DNA of 64,000 nt, from assembly GCA_045541555.1 (NCBI GenBank), contig JAZQJH010000059.1:16641-80640 (forward strand), given 5' to 3'. The notes below the pieces were generated by a model, which ran no database searches, had not been told where the DNA came from, and was given only the letters and a program-made list of their open reading frames with translations. How positions within the stretch are numbered: the stretch's first letter is position 1; each line of letters opens with the position of its first letter. The position numbers and the translations under genes were made by a program. Of the stretch, positions 7,719 through 17,150 are shown in pieces. This stretch comes from Eubacteriales bacterium (GTDB taxonomy: Bacteria > Bacillota > Clostridia > Oscillospirales > QAKW01).

Positions 7719-9035
7719 ATGTTAAAAGTTTTAAAATTCGGCGGATCCTCCATGGCGGATGGGATCCAATATAAAAAAGTCAAAGAGATCGTGGATGCCG
7801 ACCCTGCCCGTCGGGTGGTGGTGGTTTCCGCGGCCGGTAAACGGCATAAGGACGATCACAAGATCACCGACCTTTTATATCTCTGCCACGCCCATCTGAA
7901 ATACGGCGTTTCCTGCGAGCCCATCTTTAATCAGATTCGGGATCGCTATACAGAGATCAAAAAAGATCTGGATCTTCAAATTGATATTGAAAGCGAGCTA
8001 CAAAAGCTTCGCGAAAAAATGGGCGCCGGCATCAGCGAGGAAGAATTGGTCTCCCGCGGCGAGTACCTCTCCGCAAAGCTGATGGCGGATTACCTTGGTT
8101 TTGAATTTGTGGATGCCGCCCATTGGCTGAAATTCACCTTCGACGGCTCCATTGATAAAGAAAATTCTTATGCGGCGCTTCGCCAGCTGGCTGAGAACCG
8201 TAAGGTGGTCATCCCCGGCTTTTACGGCATCATGCCGGACGGTCGGATCAAGACCCTCACCCGGGGCGGCTCGGATATTACCGGTGCTTTGGCAGCAGCG
8301 GCGCTGGATGCGGATGTCTATGAAAACTGGACGGACGTTTCCGGTATCCTGATGGCAGACCCCCGAATCGTAGAGGATCCTCAACCCATCGAGCGCGTCA
8401 CCTACAGCGAGTTGAGAGAGCTGAGCCACGCCGGCGCGCAGGTGCTGCATGAGGGCACCATCTACCCGGTCAGAGAGAAAAAAATCCCCCTCAATATCCG
8501 TAATACCAACGAGCCGGATCATCCCGGCACCATGATCATGGAGTCCTTCGAGGACGGACCGGACGTGGAGGATCGGATCATCACCGGGATCGCCGGTAAA
8601 AAGAACTATTCCATCGTCACCATCACCAAAAACGGTCTTTCCAGTGCGGTAGGCGAACTGCGGCGCATTCTGGAGTCCTTCGAGACCCATAACGTCCCCA
8701 TTGAGTATCTCCCCTCCGGGCTGGATACCGTCTCCTTAGTAATGGACACCGCCAAAGTGGCGCCCTGCCTCTATTCCGTATTGGGCGAGCTGCAGAAAAA
8801 GGTCAAGCCCGACCATATCAAGGTAACCGATGAAATCGCAGTGGTTGCGGCAGTCGGTCGGAAAATGGCATCCCGGCCCGGTGCATCCGGTAAGATCTTT
8901 GAGCGGCTGGGCAGGCATGGAATCAGCATTCGCATGATCTCTCAGGGTCCCGATGAGGTGAATATTATCGTCGGTATCGATAATAAGGATTATGAGAACG
9001 CGATCCGCGTATTATATAATAGTTTTGTAAAGTAA
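7719..9035 (+). CDS. aspartate kinase
   Basis: 438 aa. It shows KFGGSS, VVVVSA, TRGGSD and C-terminal ACT-like repeats. It begins 1 nt after the hom stop. Confidence 0.9.
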   Translation: MLKVLKFGGSSMADGIQYKKVKEIVDADPARRVVVVSAAGKRHKDDHKITDLLYLCHAHLKYGVSCEPIFNQIRDRYTEIKKDLDLQIDIESELQKLREKMGAGISEEELVSRGEYLSAKLMADYLGFEFVDAAHWLKFTFDGSIDKENSYAALRQLAENRKVVIPGFYGIMPDGRIKTLTRGGSDITGALAAAALDADVYENWTDVSGILMADPRIVEDPQPIERVTYSELRELSHAGAQVLHEGTIYPVREKKIPLNIRNTNEPDHPGTMIMESFEDGPDVEDRIITGIAGKKNYSIVTITKNGLSSAVGELRRILESFETHNVPIEYLPSGLDTVSLVMDTAKVAPCLYSVLGELQKKVKPDHIKVTDEIAVVAAVGRKMASRPGASGKIFERLGRHGISIRMISQGPDEVNIIVGIDNKDYENAIRVLYNSFVK

Positions 9036-9048
9036 AGCGAGGTAAATC

Positions 9049-10041
9049 ATGATGAAAAACGTTGCCATTCTGGGCGCTACCGGTGCGGTAGGCCGCGAAA
9101 TGTTGAAGGTATTGGAAGAGCGTAATTTCCCCATCGGAAAGCTGAAGCTGCTGGCAAGCCCCCGCAGCGTGGGTAAGCTGATCCCCTTCAAGGGTCAGGA
9201 AATTGCCGTAGAGCTGGCAGATGAAAACGCATTTGAGGGCATGGATCTGGTGCTGGGCGCCGCCACCAACGAGCTGGCGAAAAAATTGGCTCCCGCCATC
9301 GTCAAAGCCGGTGCGGTATTCGTGGATAACTCCAGCGCATTCCGCATGGATCCCGACGTTCCCCTGATCGTCCCCGAAGTCAACCCCGAGGACGCGAAAA
9401 AGCATAAGGGTATCATCGCCAACCCCAACTGCTCCACCATCATCACCATCACCGCAGTCAATGCGCTGAATAAGCTCAGCCCCATCAAGTCCATGATCGC
9501 TTCTACCTACCAGGCAGTCTCCGGCGCAGGCGCCGGCGGCCCGGTGGAGCTGATGGGCGAAGTGGAAGCCCTCGGCAAGGGTGAGGAATATGAAAATACA
9601 GTATTCCCCTATCAGATCGCTTATAACCTCATTCCTCAGATCGGCGGCGAGTCCACCGAGGGGTATACCTCTGAAGAGATGAAGATGCAGAACGAAGGAC
9701 GCAAGATCATGCATCTGCCGGAGCTTTTGGTCAACTGCACCTGCATCCGCGTGCCGGTGGTACGCAGCCATTCCATCTCGGTCACCGTCAAGACTGAAAA
9801 GCCCGTCAGCGTCGAGGATGCACGCAAGATCATCGCCTCCGCTCCCGGCTGTAAGCTGGTGGACGATCTGGCAAACCAGCAGTATCCCATGCCCTTGGAT
9901 ACCACCGACCAGGATCTGGTCTACGTGGGACGGATCCGCAAGGATCTGACCGACGAGTGCGGTCTTGCCATCTGGTGCTGCGGCGACCAGGTTCGTAAGG
10001 GCGCTGCCACCAACGCCATTCAGATCGCTGAATTGCTGTAA
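9049..10041 (+). CDS. asd: aspartate-semialdehyde dehydrogenase
   Basis: 330 aa. It shows GATGAVG, the active site NPNCSTI, and SGAG. Confidence 0.92.
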   Translation: MMKNVAILGATGAVGREMLKVLEERNFPIGKLKLLASPRSVGKLIPFKGQEIAVELADENAFEGMDLVLGAATNELAKKLAPAIVKAGAVFVDNSSAFRMDPDVPLIVPEVNPEDAKKHKGIIANPNCSTIITITAVNALNKLSPIKSMIASTYQAVSGAGAGGPVELMGEVEALGKGEEYENTVFPYQIAYNLIPQIGGESTEGYTSEEMKMQNEGRKIMHLPELLVNCTCIRVPVVRSHSISVTVKTEKPVSVEDARKIIASAPGCKLVDDLANQQYPMPLDTTDQDLVYVGRIRKDLTDECGLAIWCCGDQVRKGAATNAIQIAELL

Positions 10042-10098
10042 AAAAATCAGCCTAAAAAGAAAGGCGATTTCTTCGTACTTGCCTTCTCTTTCGTGGTA

Positions 10099-10130
10099 AT
10101 AGATCCCGATCTTTCGGGATCTATTTTTTT
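10099..10130 (+). terminator. intrinsic terminator of the hom / aspartate kinase / asd operon
   Basis: ATAGATCCCGA, loop TCTT, TCGGGATCTAT, then T7. Confidence 0.8.
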
Positions 10131-10177
10131 ATATTGAATTTATAGCCTGCGCGTGGTAAAATAAAAAGGAAGTATAA

Positions 10178-10828
10178 ATGGGAGGGCTGCGAATGGTCGT
10201 CTTAAAGATCATAGGATGGATATTTGCAGGCCTGCTCCTGCTGCTCCTTGGAATATCCATATTGCCGGCAGATCTGCTTTTGCAGTCCGACGGTGTCCGG
10301 GGCTTTCGTGTCCGGGTGCGGATTTTTGGTGTCGCTTTCGGCGGCGGTGAGAAAAAGCCCAAAAAGAAAAAGCCGGAAAGTGCTTTGGTCAAGGCGGTCA
10401 AAAAATCGCTGGGACTTTCCCATCTGGGAAACGCAGATACCGTCCGCAGTACGGTGAAGACCCACGGCTTTTCCATGACCCTGAAGGATACGGTGGAGAC
10501 CTTTCTCCTGCTGCTGGATCGGGTGCTTTGGATCTTAAAGCGCTGCAAGGTCCCCTACTGCCGGATCACGGCGGTCAGCGCCGGCGAGGATGCGGCGCTG
10601 GACTACGGCATCGCCTGCGCCAACCTTTATCCCCTGGCCGGATATCTTCAGGAACGGATGGGGATGAACCCCAAAAAGCTCAAAATGGAGATCCGCTGCG
10701 ACTACAGTCTTCCGGAAGGTCAATTCGAGTTGGATCTTGCGGTGCGGATCCGAATTTATCACGCGCTTTCTGCCCTTGTGCATATTATCATGAAGAATAT
10801 CAAAAAAGATTTGAATGAGGTTTCTTGA
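10178..10828 (+). CDS. DUF2953 (YtfI-like) sporulation-associated membrane protein
   Basis: It has an N-terminal TM helix and a KKPKKKKPE linker, and sits directly upstream of a GerW/YtfJ gene as in the Bacillus ytfI-ytfJ pair. Confidence 0.65.
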   Translation: MGGLRMVVLKIIGWIFAGLLLLLLGISILPADLLLQSDGVRGFRVRVRIFGVAFGGGEKKPKKKKPESALVKAVKKSLGLSHLGNADTVRSTVKTHGFSMTLKDTVETFLLLLDRVLWILKRCKVPYCRITAVSAGEDAALDYGIACANLYPLAGYLQERMGMNPKKLKMEIRCDYSLPEGQFELDLAVRIRIYHALSALVHIIMKNIKKDLNEVS

Positions 10829-10829
10829 G

Positions 10830-11213
10830 ATGGAGAAAAAAATTCAAAGTGGAAATTTAATGAACGTCCTGACCTACGTAGCGGATCAGACCATGGCGCT
10901 GGCCAAGGAAAACTCCGTATTGGGGGAACGGATCGAAAAGGACGGCGTGACGGTCATTCCCGTCTCCAAGCTGACGGTGGGCTTCGCCGGCGGCGGTGCG
11001 GACGTGGTGGATAGCGGCAAGAAAAAGGAACGCTACCCGGCAGGCGGCGGTGCCAACGTTGCCTTGACCCCCATGAGCTTTCTGGTGATCCACGACGGCG
11101 AGGTGGAGAGCATCAGCATTAAAGCGGCACCCAACTCTTCCAAATCGGAGATCATCGACACCGTCATCAAAACCGTCAAAGGCTTTATTAATAAGAAAAA
11201 AGAGGAGAAGTAA
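10830..11213 (+). CDS. ytfJ: GerW/YtfJ-family sporulation protein
   Basis: It shows VTVIPVSKLTVGFAGGGADV...AGGGANVALTPMSFLVI. The start could instead be the in-frame ATG at 10815. Confidence 0.8.
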   Translation: MEKKIQSGNLMNVLTYVADQTMALAKENSVLGERIEKDGVTVIPVSKLTVGFAGGGADVVDSGKKKERYPAGGGANVALTPMSFLVIHDGEVESISIKAAPNSSKSEIIDTVIKTVKGFINKKKEEK

Positions 11214-11229
11214 TTACTTCTCCTCTTTT
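11198..11229. terminator. perfect 32-bp palindrome spanning both convergent stop codons
   Basis: AAAAGAGGAGAAGTAA|TTACTTCTCCTCTTTT, centred between positions 11213 and 11214. Confidence 0.6.
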
Positions 11230-11732
11230 ATTATCGTTATAACGCAGTTGTCTTCATAAAAATGCAAGGGGGATAGATCGGAATAGGAAATATTTTTAAA
11301 ATTCGGGTCGCCATGAATTTTGAAATGGGCTTCTTTTGCCGTCCATTCCTCAAAAACGCGCTCCGGGTCTGCGCCGATCCGCTCTGCCAGACGCGGATCC
11401 ACCGGACGAACTTGCTCAATGTCGATCCCCACCGGGTTCTCGGAGACCGCCGCCACCACCCATTCTCCGGAATGGCTGATACTGAAATGGGGCAAGCCTT
11501 CTGCATAGGGCTTGCCTTTTTCGGTGCGCAAAAGCGTGATTTTCTCCACCGGCAGACCGGACTTTTCCGCCAGCATCGTCTTTACCATCCACTCGCCCAG
11601 CACCGTGGCTCTTCGCCGGTTTTCCTCTTTCATTTTAAGAACCTTTTCTCTCCGGGTAGGATCCATCAAGGAAATACACCGATCATATTCCGTTTTGGAT
11701 AACGTCTCAATGGATCGTTTTTTCCAGATCAT
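11214..11732 (-). CDS. Sfp-type 4'-phosphopantetheinyl transferase
   Basis: 172 aa. It shows GKPY...FSISHSGEWVVAAVSENPVGIDIE and WTAKEA motifs. Confidence 0.85.
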   Translation of the reverse strand: MIWKKRSIETLSKTEYDRCISLMDPTRREKVLKMKEENRRRATVLGEWMVKTMLAEKSGLPVEKITLLRTEKGKPYAEGLPHFSISHSGEWVVAAVSENPVGIDIEQVRPVDPRLAERIGADPERVFEEWTAKEAHFKIHGDPNFKNISYSDLSPLHFYEDNCVITIIKEEK

Positions 11733-11749
11733 TTCATCCCCTCGCTTTC

Positions 11750-11782
11750 AAAAAAAGGATCGCCGTTTTGGCGATCCTTTTT
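11750..11782 (-). terminator. intrinsic terminator of gap
   Basis: AAAAAAGGATCGCC, loop GTTTT, GGCGATCCTTTTTT. Confidence 0.8.
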
Positions 11783-11797
11783 TGAATAAATCAAGAA

Positions 11798-12805
11798 TTA
11801 CAGCTCAGCGAAATACTTGATGGTGCGAACCATCTGGCTGGTGTAGCTGTTCTCGTTGTCGTACCAGGAAACAACCTGAACCTGATAGGTATCCTCGTCG
11901 ATCTTAGCAACCATGGTCTGGGTAGCATCGAAGAGAGAACCGTAGGTGATACCAACGATATCGGAAGAAACCAGCTCTTCCTCGGTGTAACCGAAGGAAG
12001 CGGAGGAAGCAGCCTTCATAGCAGCGTTGATGCCTTCCTTGGTAACGTCCTTACCCTTCACAACGGCAACCAGCAGAGTGGTGGAGCCGGTGGGAACGGG
12101 AACACGCTGAGCGGAGCCGATGAGCTTGCCGTTCAGCTCGGGGATAACCAGGCCGATCGCCTTAGCAGCACCGGTGGAGTTGGGAACGATGTTCACAGCA
12201 GCGGCACGTGCACGACGGAAGTCACCCTTTCTGTGGGGACCGTCGAGAACCATCTGATCGCCGGTATAAGCATGAACGGTGGTCATAATACCGCTCTGGA
12301 TGGGAGCGTACTCGTTCAGAGCCTTAGCCATGGGAGCCAGGCAGTTGGTGGTGCAGGAAGCAGCAGAGATGATGGTGTCTTCCTTGGTCAGAGTCTCTTC
12401 GTTAACGCTGAAGACGATGGTGGGCAGATCGTTGCCTGCGGGAGCAGAGATAACGACCTTCTTGGCACCTGCGGTGATATGAGCAGAAGCCTTCTCCTTG
12501 GAGGTGTAGAAACCGGTACACTCCAGGACAACGTCAACACCGATCTCGCCCCAGGGCAGATCAGCAGCGTTCTTCTCGGCAAAGATCTTGATGGTCTTAC
12601 CGTCGACGGTGATTTCGCCCTCACCGGCAACAACCTCATGCTCGTAGCGACCCTGAGCGGAATCGTACTTGAGCAGGTGAGCCAGCATAGCCGCGTCGGT
12701 CAGGTCGTTGATGGCAACGATCTCATAACCCTCAGCACCGAACATCTGACGGAAAGCCAGACGACCAATTCTGCCGAAACCATTAATAGCAACTTTAACA
12801 GACAT
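11798..12805 (-). CDS. gap: type I glyceraldehyde-3-phosphate dehydrogenase
   Basis: 335 aa. It shows INGFGRIGR and the active site SCTTNC. Confidence 0.95.
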   Translation of the reverse strand: MSVKVAINGFGRIGRLAFRQMFGAEGYEIVAINDLTDAAMLAHLLKYDSAQGRYEHEVVAGEGEITVDGKTIKIFAEKNAADLPWGEIGVDVVLECTGFYTSKEKASAHITAGAKKVVISAPAGNDLPTIVFSVNEETLTKEDTIISAASCTTNCLAPMAKALNEYAPIQSGIMTTVHAYTGDQMVLDGPHRKGDFRRARAAAVNIVPNSTGAAKAIGLVIPELNGKLIGSAQRVPVPTGSTTLLVAVVKGKDVTKEGINAAMKAASSASFGYTEEELVSSDIVGITYGSLFDATQTMVAKIDEDTYQVQVVSWYDNENSYTSQMVRTIKYFAEL

Positions 12806-12848
12806 TTTAATAGCCTCCTAAAAAATATTTTTTAATTTACCAACATTT

Positions 12849-12877
12849 ATTATATCGAATTTTTCACGCCATTACAA
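12849..12877 (-). promoter_or_regulatory. gap promoter (TTGTAA-17-TATAAT on the reverse strand)
   Basis: The reverse complement reads TTGTAAtggcgtgaaaaattcgaTATAAT. An AGGAGG RBS lies just upstream of the ATG. Confidence 0.55.
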
Positions 12878-13010
12878 GAAAAATTTTGATTTTTTTGCAA
12901 CTTTGCCATAATATCTCAAAAAAATGTTTCATTTCCGTCTCTTTCGGTTGAAAATTGACAAATTTGGTGATAGAATGTTCTCAAATCACTATAAATAGGA
13001 GGAAAAATTC

Positions 13011-13175
13011 ATGGCTTTGCCCATTGCTTTGCAACTCTATTCCGTACGGAACGAGATGGAAAAGGACTTTAAAGAAACCCAACTCAAGGTCAAAGAGCTG
13101 GGCTACGACGGCGTGGAGTTTGCCGGACTTTTCGGGTACGATGCCGCCAACGTCAAGAACTGGTGCGCAAAAATG
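13011..13175 (+). pseudogene. 5' stub of a xylose-isomerase-like TIM-barrel (sugar phosphate isomerase/epimerase) gene
   Basis: MALPIALQLYSVRNEMEKDFKETQLKVKELGYDGVEFAGLFGYDAANVKNW matches the first ~50 residues of a ~280-aa family. The similarity stops where DUF554 gene sequence begins. It keeps an AGGAGG RBS. Confidence 0.6.
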
Positions 13176-13219
13176 AGTATCAACTATTTAAAAACCGTAG
13201 AAACAAAAAGGTGGTAAAC

Positions 13220-13906
13220 GTGGTATTACTCAGTAGCATCGTAAACGGCATCGCCATCATTGCCGGCGCCCTTTTGGGCTTACTTTTGAAAAAAGGACTG
13301 CCGGAGCGGGTCAGCAACGGCATTATGCAGGGCATGGCGCTCTGCGTCATGGGGATCGGCGTCAAAGGATTTTTCGACGGTGAAAACTTCCTCATCACCA
13401 TCCTCTCCATCGCCATCGGCGGTGCCTTGGGGCATTGGATCGACATCGACCGCTATCTCAATCGGTTCGGCGCCTTTATGCAAAAGAAGCTGACCAAAAA
13501 CGAAGGCGGCTCCACCTTTGGCGAGGGGTTTGTCACCGCCACTCTTTTAGTCTGTGTCGGCGCCATGGCCATCACCGGCGCGCTGGATAGCGGCATCCGC
13601 GGTGATAACACCACCATCTTTGCCAAGTCCCTCATCGACTTTTGCTCCTGCATGATCATGGCATCCACCTTAGGGGTGGGCGTCGCCTTTGCAGGCCCTG
13701 CCTGCTTCCTTTATCAGGGCGCCATCGCCCTGGGTGGAAGCGCCATCGCCGGCTTTCTCACCGAAGCCATGATCGGCGAGATGACCGTCGTCGGCTCCCT
13801 GTTGATCGTCGCCATCTCTCTCAATATGCTGGGGCTCACCAAAATCAAGGTGGTCAACTTCATCCCCGCCTGCTTCCTGCCATTATTGCTTTGTCTATTC
13901 CTATAA
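13220..13906 (+). CDS. DUF554 family membrane protein
   Basis: The track ORF is trimmed to the GTG at 13220, which follows AAGGTGG. The N-terminus VVLLSSIVNGIAIIAGALLG fits the family, and the protein is polytopic and hydrophobic. Confidence 0.75.
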   Translation: MVLLSSIVNGIAIIAGALLGLLLKKGLPERVSNGIMQGMALCVMGIGVKGFFDGENFLITILSIAIGGALGHWIDIDRYLNRFGAFMQKKLTKNEGGSTFGEGFVTATLLVCVGAMAITGALDSGIRGDNTTIFAKSLIDFCSCMIMASTLGVGVAFAGPACFLYQGAIALGGSAIAGFLTEAMIGEMTVVGSLLIVAISLNMLGLTKIKVVNFIPACFLPLLLCLFL

Positions 13907-13911
13907 AATTC

Positions 13912-13952
13912 AAAAAGAGCTGTGAAAACTTGCGTTTTCACAGCTCTTTTTT
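13912..13952. terminator. bidirectional intrinsic terminator
   Basis: AAAAAGAGCTGTGAAAAC, loop TTGC, GTTTTCACAGCTCTTTTTT. It overlaps the stop codon of the reverse-strand gene. Confidence 0.8.
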
Positions 13953-14619
13953 ATCTTTTTTCAGCAATCTCGCCTTGTTTTTTATAGATGGAATTTGCCG
14001 GGACAACGCCGCGGACGGCGGAAAGCGGATAGACGTTGCTATCCCGACCGACGACGGTGCCGGGATTGAGGACGCTGCCGCAGCCGATCTCCACCCGGTC
14101 GCCCAGCATGGCGCCCACCTTTTTGATGCCGGTCTCGATCTGCTCCGCGCCGTTCTTGATGACCACCAGGGTCTTATCGCTCTTGACGTTAGAGGTGATG
14201 GAGCCGGCGCCCATATGCGCCTTATACCCCAAAATCGAATCGCCCACGTAGTTATAATGAGGAACCTGGACGTTATCAAAGAGGATGACGTTTTTCAGCT
14301 CGGTGGAATTTCCCACCACGACTCCCTCGCCGATCAAGGCATTCGCCCGGATGAAGGCGCAATGGCGCACCTCGCTGCCGGCGCCGATAATGACCCCCTC
14401 GCCAATAAAGGCAGTGGGAGCGACCTTGGCAGTCTTATGGATCCAGACCGTCTCGGCAGGATGGTCGTATTCCTCCGGCGAAAGGGTCTCCCCCAACTCC
14501 AGAATAAAATGATGAATTTCCCTCAGGGCTTCCCAGGGATATTCCACCCGCTCCAAAAGAGGGCGGGCGGCGGTATGGGAAAGATCATATAATGCAGAAA
14601 TCTTCAATTGGTTCATCAA
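13951..14619 (-). CDS. left-handed beta-helix (hexapeptide-repeat) transferase-like protein
   Basis: 222 aa with repeated [LIV]-G-x4 hexapeptides (IGEGVIIGAGSEV, IGEGVVVGNST, GDRVEIGCGSVL), like the GlmU C-terminal domain. Confidence 0.7.
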   Translation of the reverse strand: MMNQLKISALYDLSHTAARPLLERVEYPWEALREIHHFILELGETLSPEEYDHPAETVWIHKTAKVAPTAFIGEGVIIGAGSEVRHCAFIRANALIGEGVVVGNSTELKNVILFDNVQVPHYNYVGDSILGYKAHMGAGSITSNVKSDKTLVVIKNGAEQIETGIKKVGAMLGDRVEIGCGSVLNPGTVVGRDSNVYPLSAVRGVVPANSIYKKQGEIAEKR

Positions 14620-14660
14620 AACACACTCCTTTTTGCTATTTTACGCAAGAAATATCATTT

Positions 14661-16058
14661 TTATTTCTCTTCTACCAGCTTACGCCCCATCAGCACGCCC
14701 ATGACGGACGCCATCATCAAGCCGCGGGTCCAGCCGCTGGAGTCGCCCAGGCAATGAAGACCCTTGACGCTGGTATTAAAGTCGGTATCCATGGTTACCC
14801 GATTGCTATAGAATTTCAGCTCGGGAGAATAAAGCAAGGTTTCCGTAGAGGCAAAGCCCGGCACCACGTGATCCAACGCCTGAATAAAATTGATGATATT
14901 CATCATGGCGCGGTACGGAATGGCAGCGGTAATATCGCCTGCCACCGCATCGGGCAGAGTGGGCTTCAGATTAGCGCGCATCAGCTCCTTCTGCCAGGTA
15001 CGCTTACCATCCAGAATATCACCAAAGCGTTGCACCAGAATATGCCCGTTTGCCAGCATATTGGAAAGCTCGCCCACCTTCTGAGCATAGGCGATCGGCT
15101 GATTAAAGGGGGTATTGAAATTATGGGAGACCAGGATGGCCAAGTTGGTATTATTGCTCTTGAGTTCCTTATAGGAATGTCCGTTGACCACCGCCAGGTC
15201 GTTATCATAATTCTCCTGGCTGACGAAACCGCCGGGGTTCTGGCAGAAGGTACGCACCTTATTCTTAAAGGGCTGGGGATACCCCACCAGCTTGGACTCA
15301 TAGAGCACTTCATTGACCTGCTCCATGACCTCGTTACGCACCTCCACCCGGACGCCGATGTCTACCGTACCGGGCATATGCTCGATCTCATGCTCGGTAC
15401 AAAGGTGCTCCAGCCATTCCGCACCGCGGCGGCCGGTGGCCACGATGGTATGGGCGGCGTGGAATTCCTCGCTGGACTTTCCATCGCTGATATAGCCACC
15501 CTTGCAGACGCCGTCTTCAATGATCAGGTTGGTGCACTCCCGATTAAAGAACATCTCCACCCCGCGCTCTAAGAGGTACTGCTCGATGGCGTAGTAAATA
15601 TCCTGCGCCTTTTCTGTCCCCAGGTGACGGATGGGGCAATCCACCAATTTAAGTCCTGCCTGGATGGCACGCTTACGGATCTCCTTGACCGCCTCGGGAT
15701 TGCTGACGCCCTCTACGTGGGTATCGGCACCGAAGTCCAAATAAATGCTATCGGTATAGTTGATGGTCTCCTGCGCCAGCTCCTCGCCGATGAGATCGGG
15801 CAGATCGCCGCCCACATCGGAGCTCAGGGAGAGCTTTCCATCAGAAAACGCACCTGCACCGGAAAAACCGGTGGTAATATGGCAATAGGGCTTGCAGCTG
15901 ACGCACTGCTTGGTTTTATGCTTGGGACACCGACGTTTTTCCACCGGCAGCCCCTTTTCTACGATCACGATCTTTTTCTTACTGCCCTTGCGGATCATCT
16001 CCAGAGCAGTGAAGATACCGGCAGGGCCGGCACCGATAATCAATACGTCACAATTCAT
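14661..16058 (-). CDS. FAD-dependent oxidoreductase (COG2509-like)
   Basis: The start is trimmed to MNCDVLIIGAGPAG, which follows GGAGGA. It contains a Cys cluster CPKHKTKQCVSCKPYC. Confidence 0.8.
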   Translation of the reverse strand: MNCDVLIIGAGPAGIFTALEMIRKGSKKKIVIVEKGLPVEKRRCPKHKTKQCVSCKPYCHITTGFSGAGAFSDGKLSLSSDVGGDLPDLIGEELAQETINYTDSIYLDFGADTHVEGVSNPEAVKEIRKRAIQAGLKLVDCPIRHLGTEKAQDIYYAIEQYLLERGVEMFFNRECTNLIIEDGVCKGGYISDGKSSEEFHAAHTIVATGRRGAEWLEHLCTEHEIEHMPGTVDIGVRVEVRNEVMEQVNEVLYESKLVGYPQPFKNKVRTFCQNPGGFVSQENYDNDLAVVNGHSYKELKSNNTNLAILVSHNFNTPFNQPIAYAQKVGELSNMLANGHILVQRFGDILDGKRTWQKELMRANLKPTLPDAVAGDITAAIPYRAMMNIINFIQALDHVVPGFASTETLLYSPELKFYSNRVTMDTDFNTSVKGLHCLGDSSGWTRGLMMASVMGVLMGRKLVEEK

Positions 16059-16075
16059 TTTTCTATCCTCCAAAC

Positions 16076-16132
16076 AAATGCCGTTGTTTTTGAGCCATGA
16101 AATATTATAGCGAAAACAACGGCATTTGCAAG
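16076..16132 (-). promoter_or_regulatory. 16-bp hairpin (terminator of the ABC operon) with an embedded promoter TTGCAA-16-TATAAT
   Basis: CAAATGCCGTTGTTTT (16076-16091) pairs with AAAACAACGGCATTTG (16114-16129). On the reverse strand, TTGCAA at 16132-16127 and TATAAT at 16110-16105 lie in the arm and loop. Confidence 0.45.
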
Positions 16133-16148
16133 TGTAAATTTGTTAATT

Positions 16149-17150
16149 TTATCTTTCTTCTCTGAAATACGGCAAGCCCAGGCTCTCCGGCGGCTGATGC
16201 TCTCTCTTTTTACGCATACTGGTGATGATCAGCACGACGATGGTCACCACGTAGGGAAGCATCATCACAACGTACTGCACCATCCGATTTTCCCCGTATT
16301 GAATATATGCCGGCAAGACGTAAAGAGCGCCGAAAAGAAACGAGCCCAACAATGCCGTATTGGGTCGCCAAAGAGCAAAAATAACCAAGGCGATCGCCAA
16401 CCAGCCACGGTCGCCGAAGCTTCCGCTGCTCCAGGTACCGAAGGCATAGTCCATAATATAATAGAGGCCGCCCAGCCCTGCAATCGCGCCGCCCACTACC
16501 GTTGCTACGTATTTATATCGTGTAACGTTGATGCCGGCAGCATCGGCAGTAGCAGGGTTTTCGCCCACAGCACGAAGATTAAGCCCTATCTTCGTCCGTT
16601 TGAGGACGAAAGCGGAAATAAAAGCTACCACGATCGCCAGATAAACCAAAAATCCGTACGAGAAGAAGACTTCTCCGACAGGCCCCCATTTTTGCGCAAA
16701 AGGAAGGGTGGTGCGGTAAAGCATACTGGTCTGCCGAATAGAGAGGGAGCCACCCTCGCCAAACAAACGGGCAAGAGAGCCGCCGAAGAAATCGCCGATT
16801 CCCACGCCGAAGGTGGTCAGCGCCAGACCGGTCACGTTCTGATTGGCACGCAGGGTGATGGTCAAAAAGCTATAAATCAACGCTAAAAATCCGGAGCCAA
16901 CCAAGGCAGCAACGAAGGGGATCAAAATTCCGAGAACCGGATTGAGGGGCGCACCGCCCATGGCTTTCTCATAGAAGAAAGCACCGATCACACCGGAAAC
17001 ACCGCCCATATACATAATACCCGGAATGCCCAGATTTAAATTACCGGACTTCTCCGTCAAGATCTCGCCAGTAGAGCCGAAGATCAGCGGAGTGCCCTGC
17101 TTAATGGCAACGACGATGAAGCCGCAAAGAAATACTAAAAATTCCTTCAT
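16149..17150 (-). CDS. ABC transporter permease (BMP/nucleoside-type)
   Basis: 333 aa and polytopic. It overlaps the upstream permease by 4 nt. Confidence 0.85.
   Translation of the reverse strand: MKEFLVFLCGFIVVAIKQGTPLIFGSTGEILTEKSGNLNLGIPGIMYMGGVSGVIGAFFYEKAMGGAPLNPVLGILIPFVAALVGSGFLALIYSFLTITLRANQNVTGLALTTFGVGIGDFFGGSLARLFGEGGSLSIRQTSMLYRTTLPFAQKWGPVGEVFFSYGFLVYLAIVVAFISAFVLKRTKIGLNLRAVGENPATADAAGINVTRYKYVATVVGGAIAGLGGLYYIMDYAFGTWSSGSFGDRGWLAIALVIFALWRPNTALLGSFLFGALYVLPAYIQYGENRMVQYVVMMLPYVVTIVVLIITSMRKKREHQPPESLGLPYFREER

Noticed and set aside
13642-15572. 316-aa and 326-aa plus-strand ORFs
   Set aside because: They are antisense to the hexapeptide-repeat transferase and FAD oxidoreductase genes, and carry no motifs.
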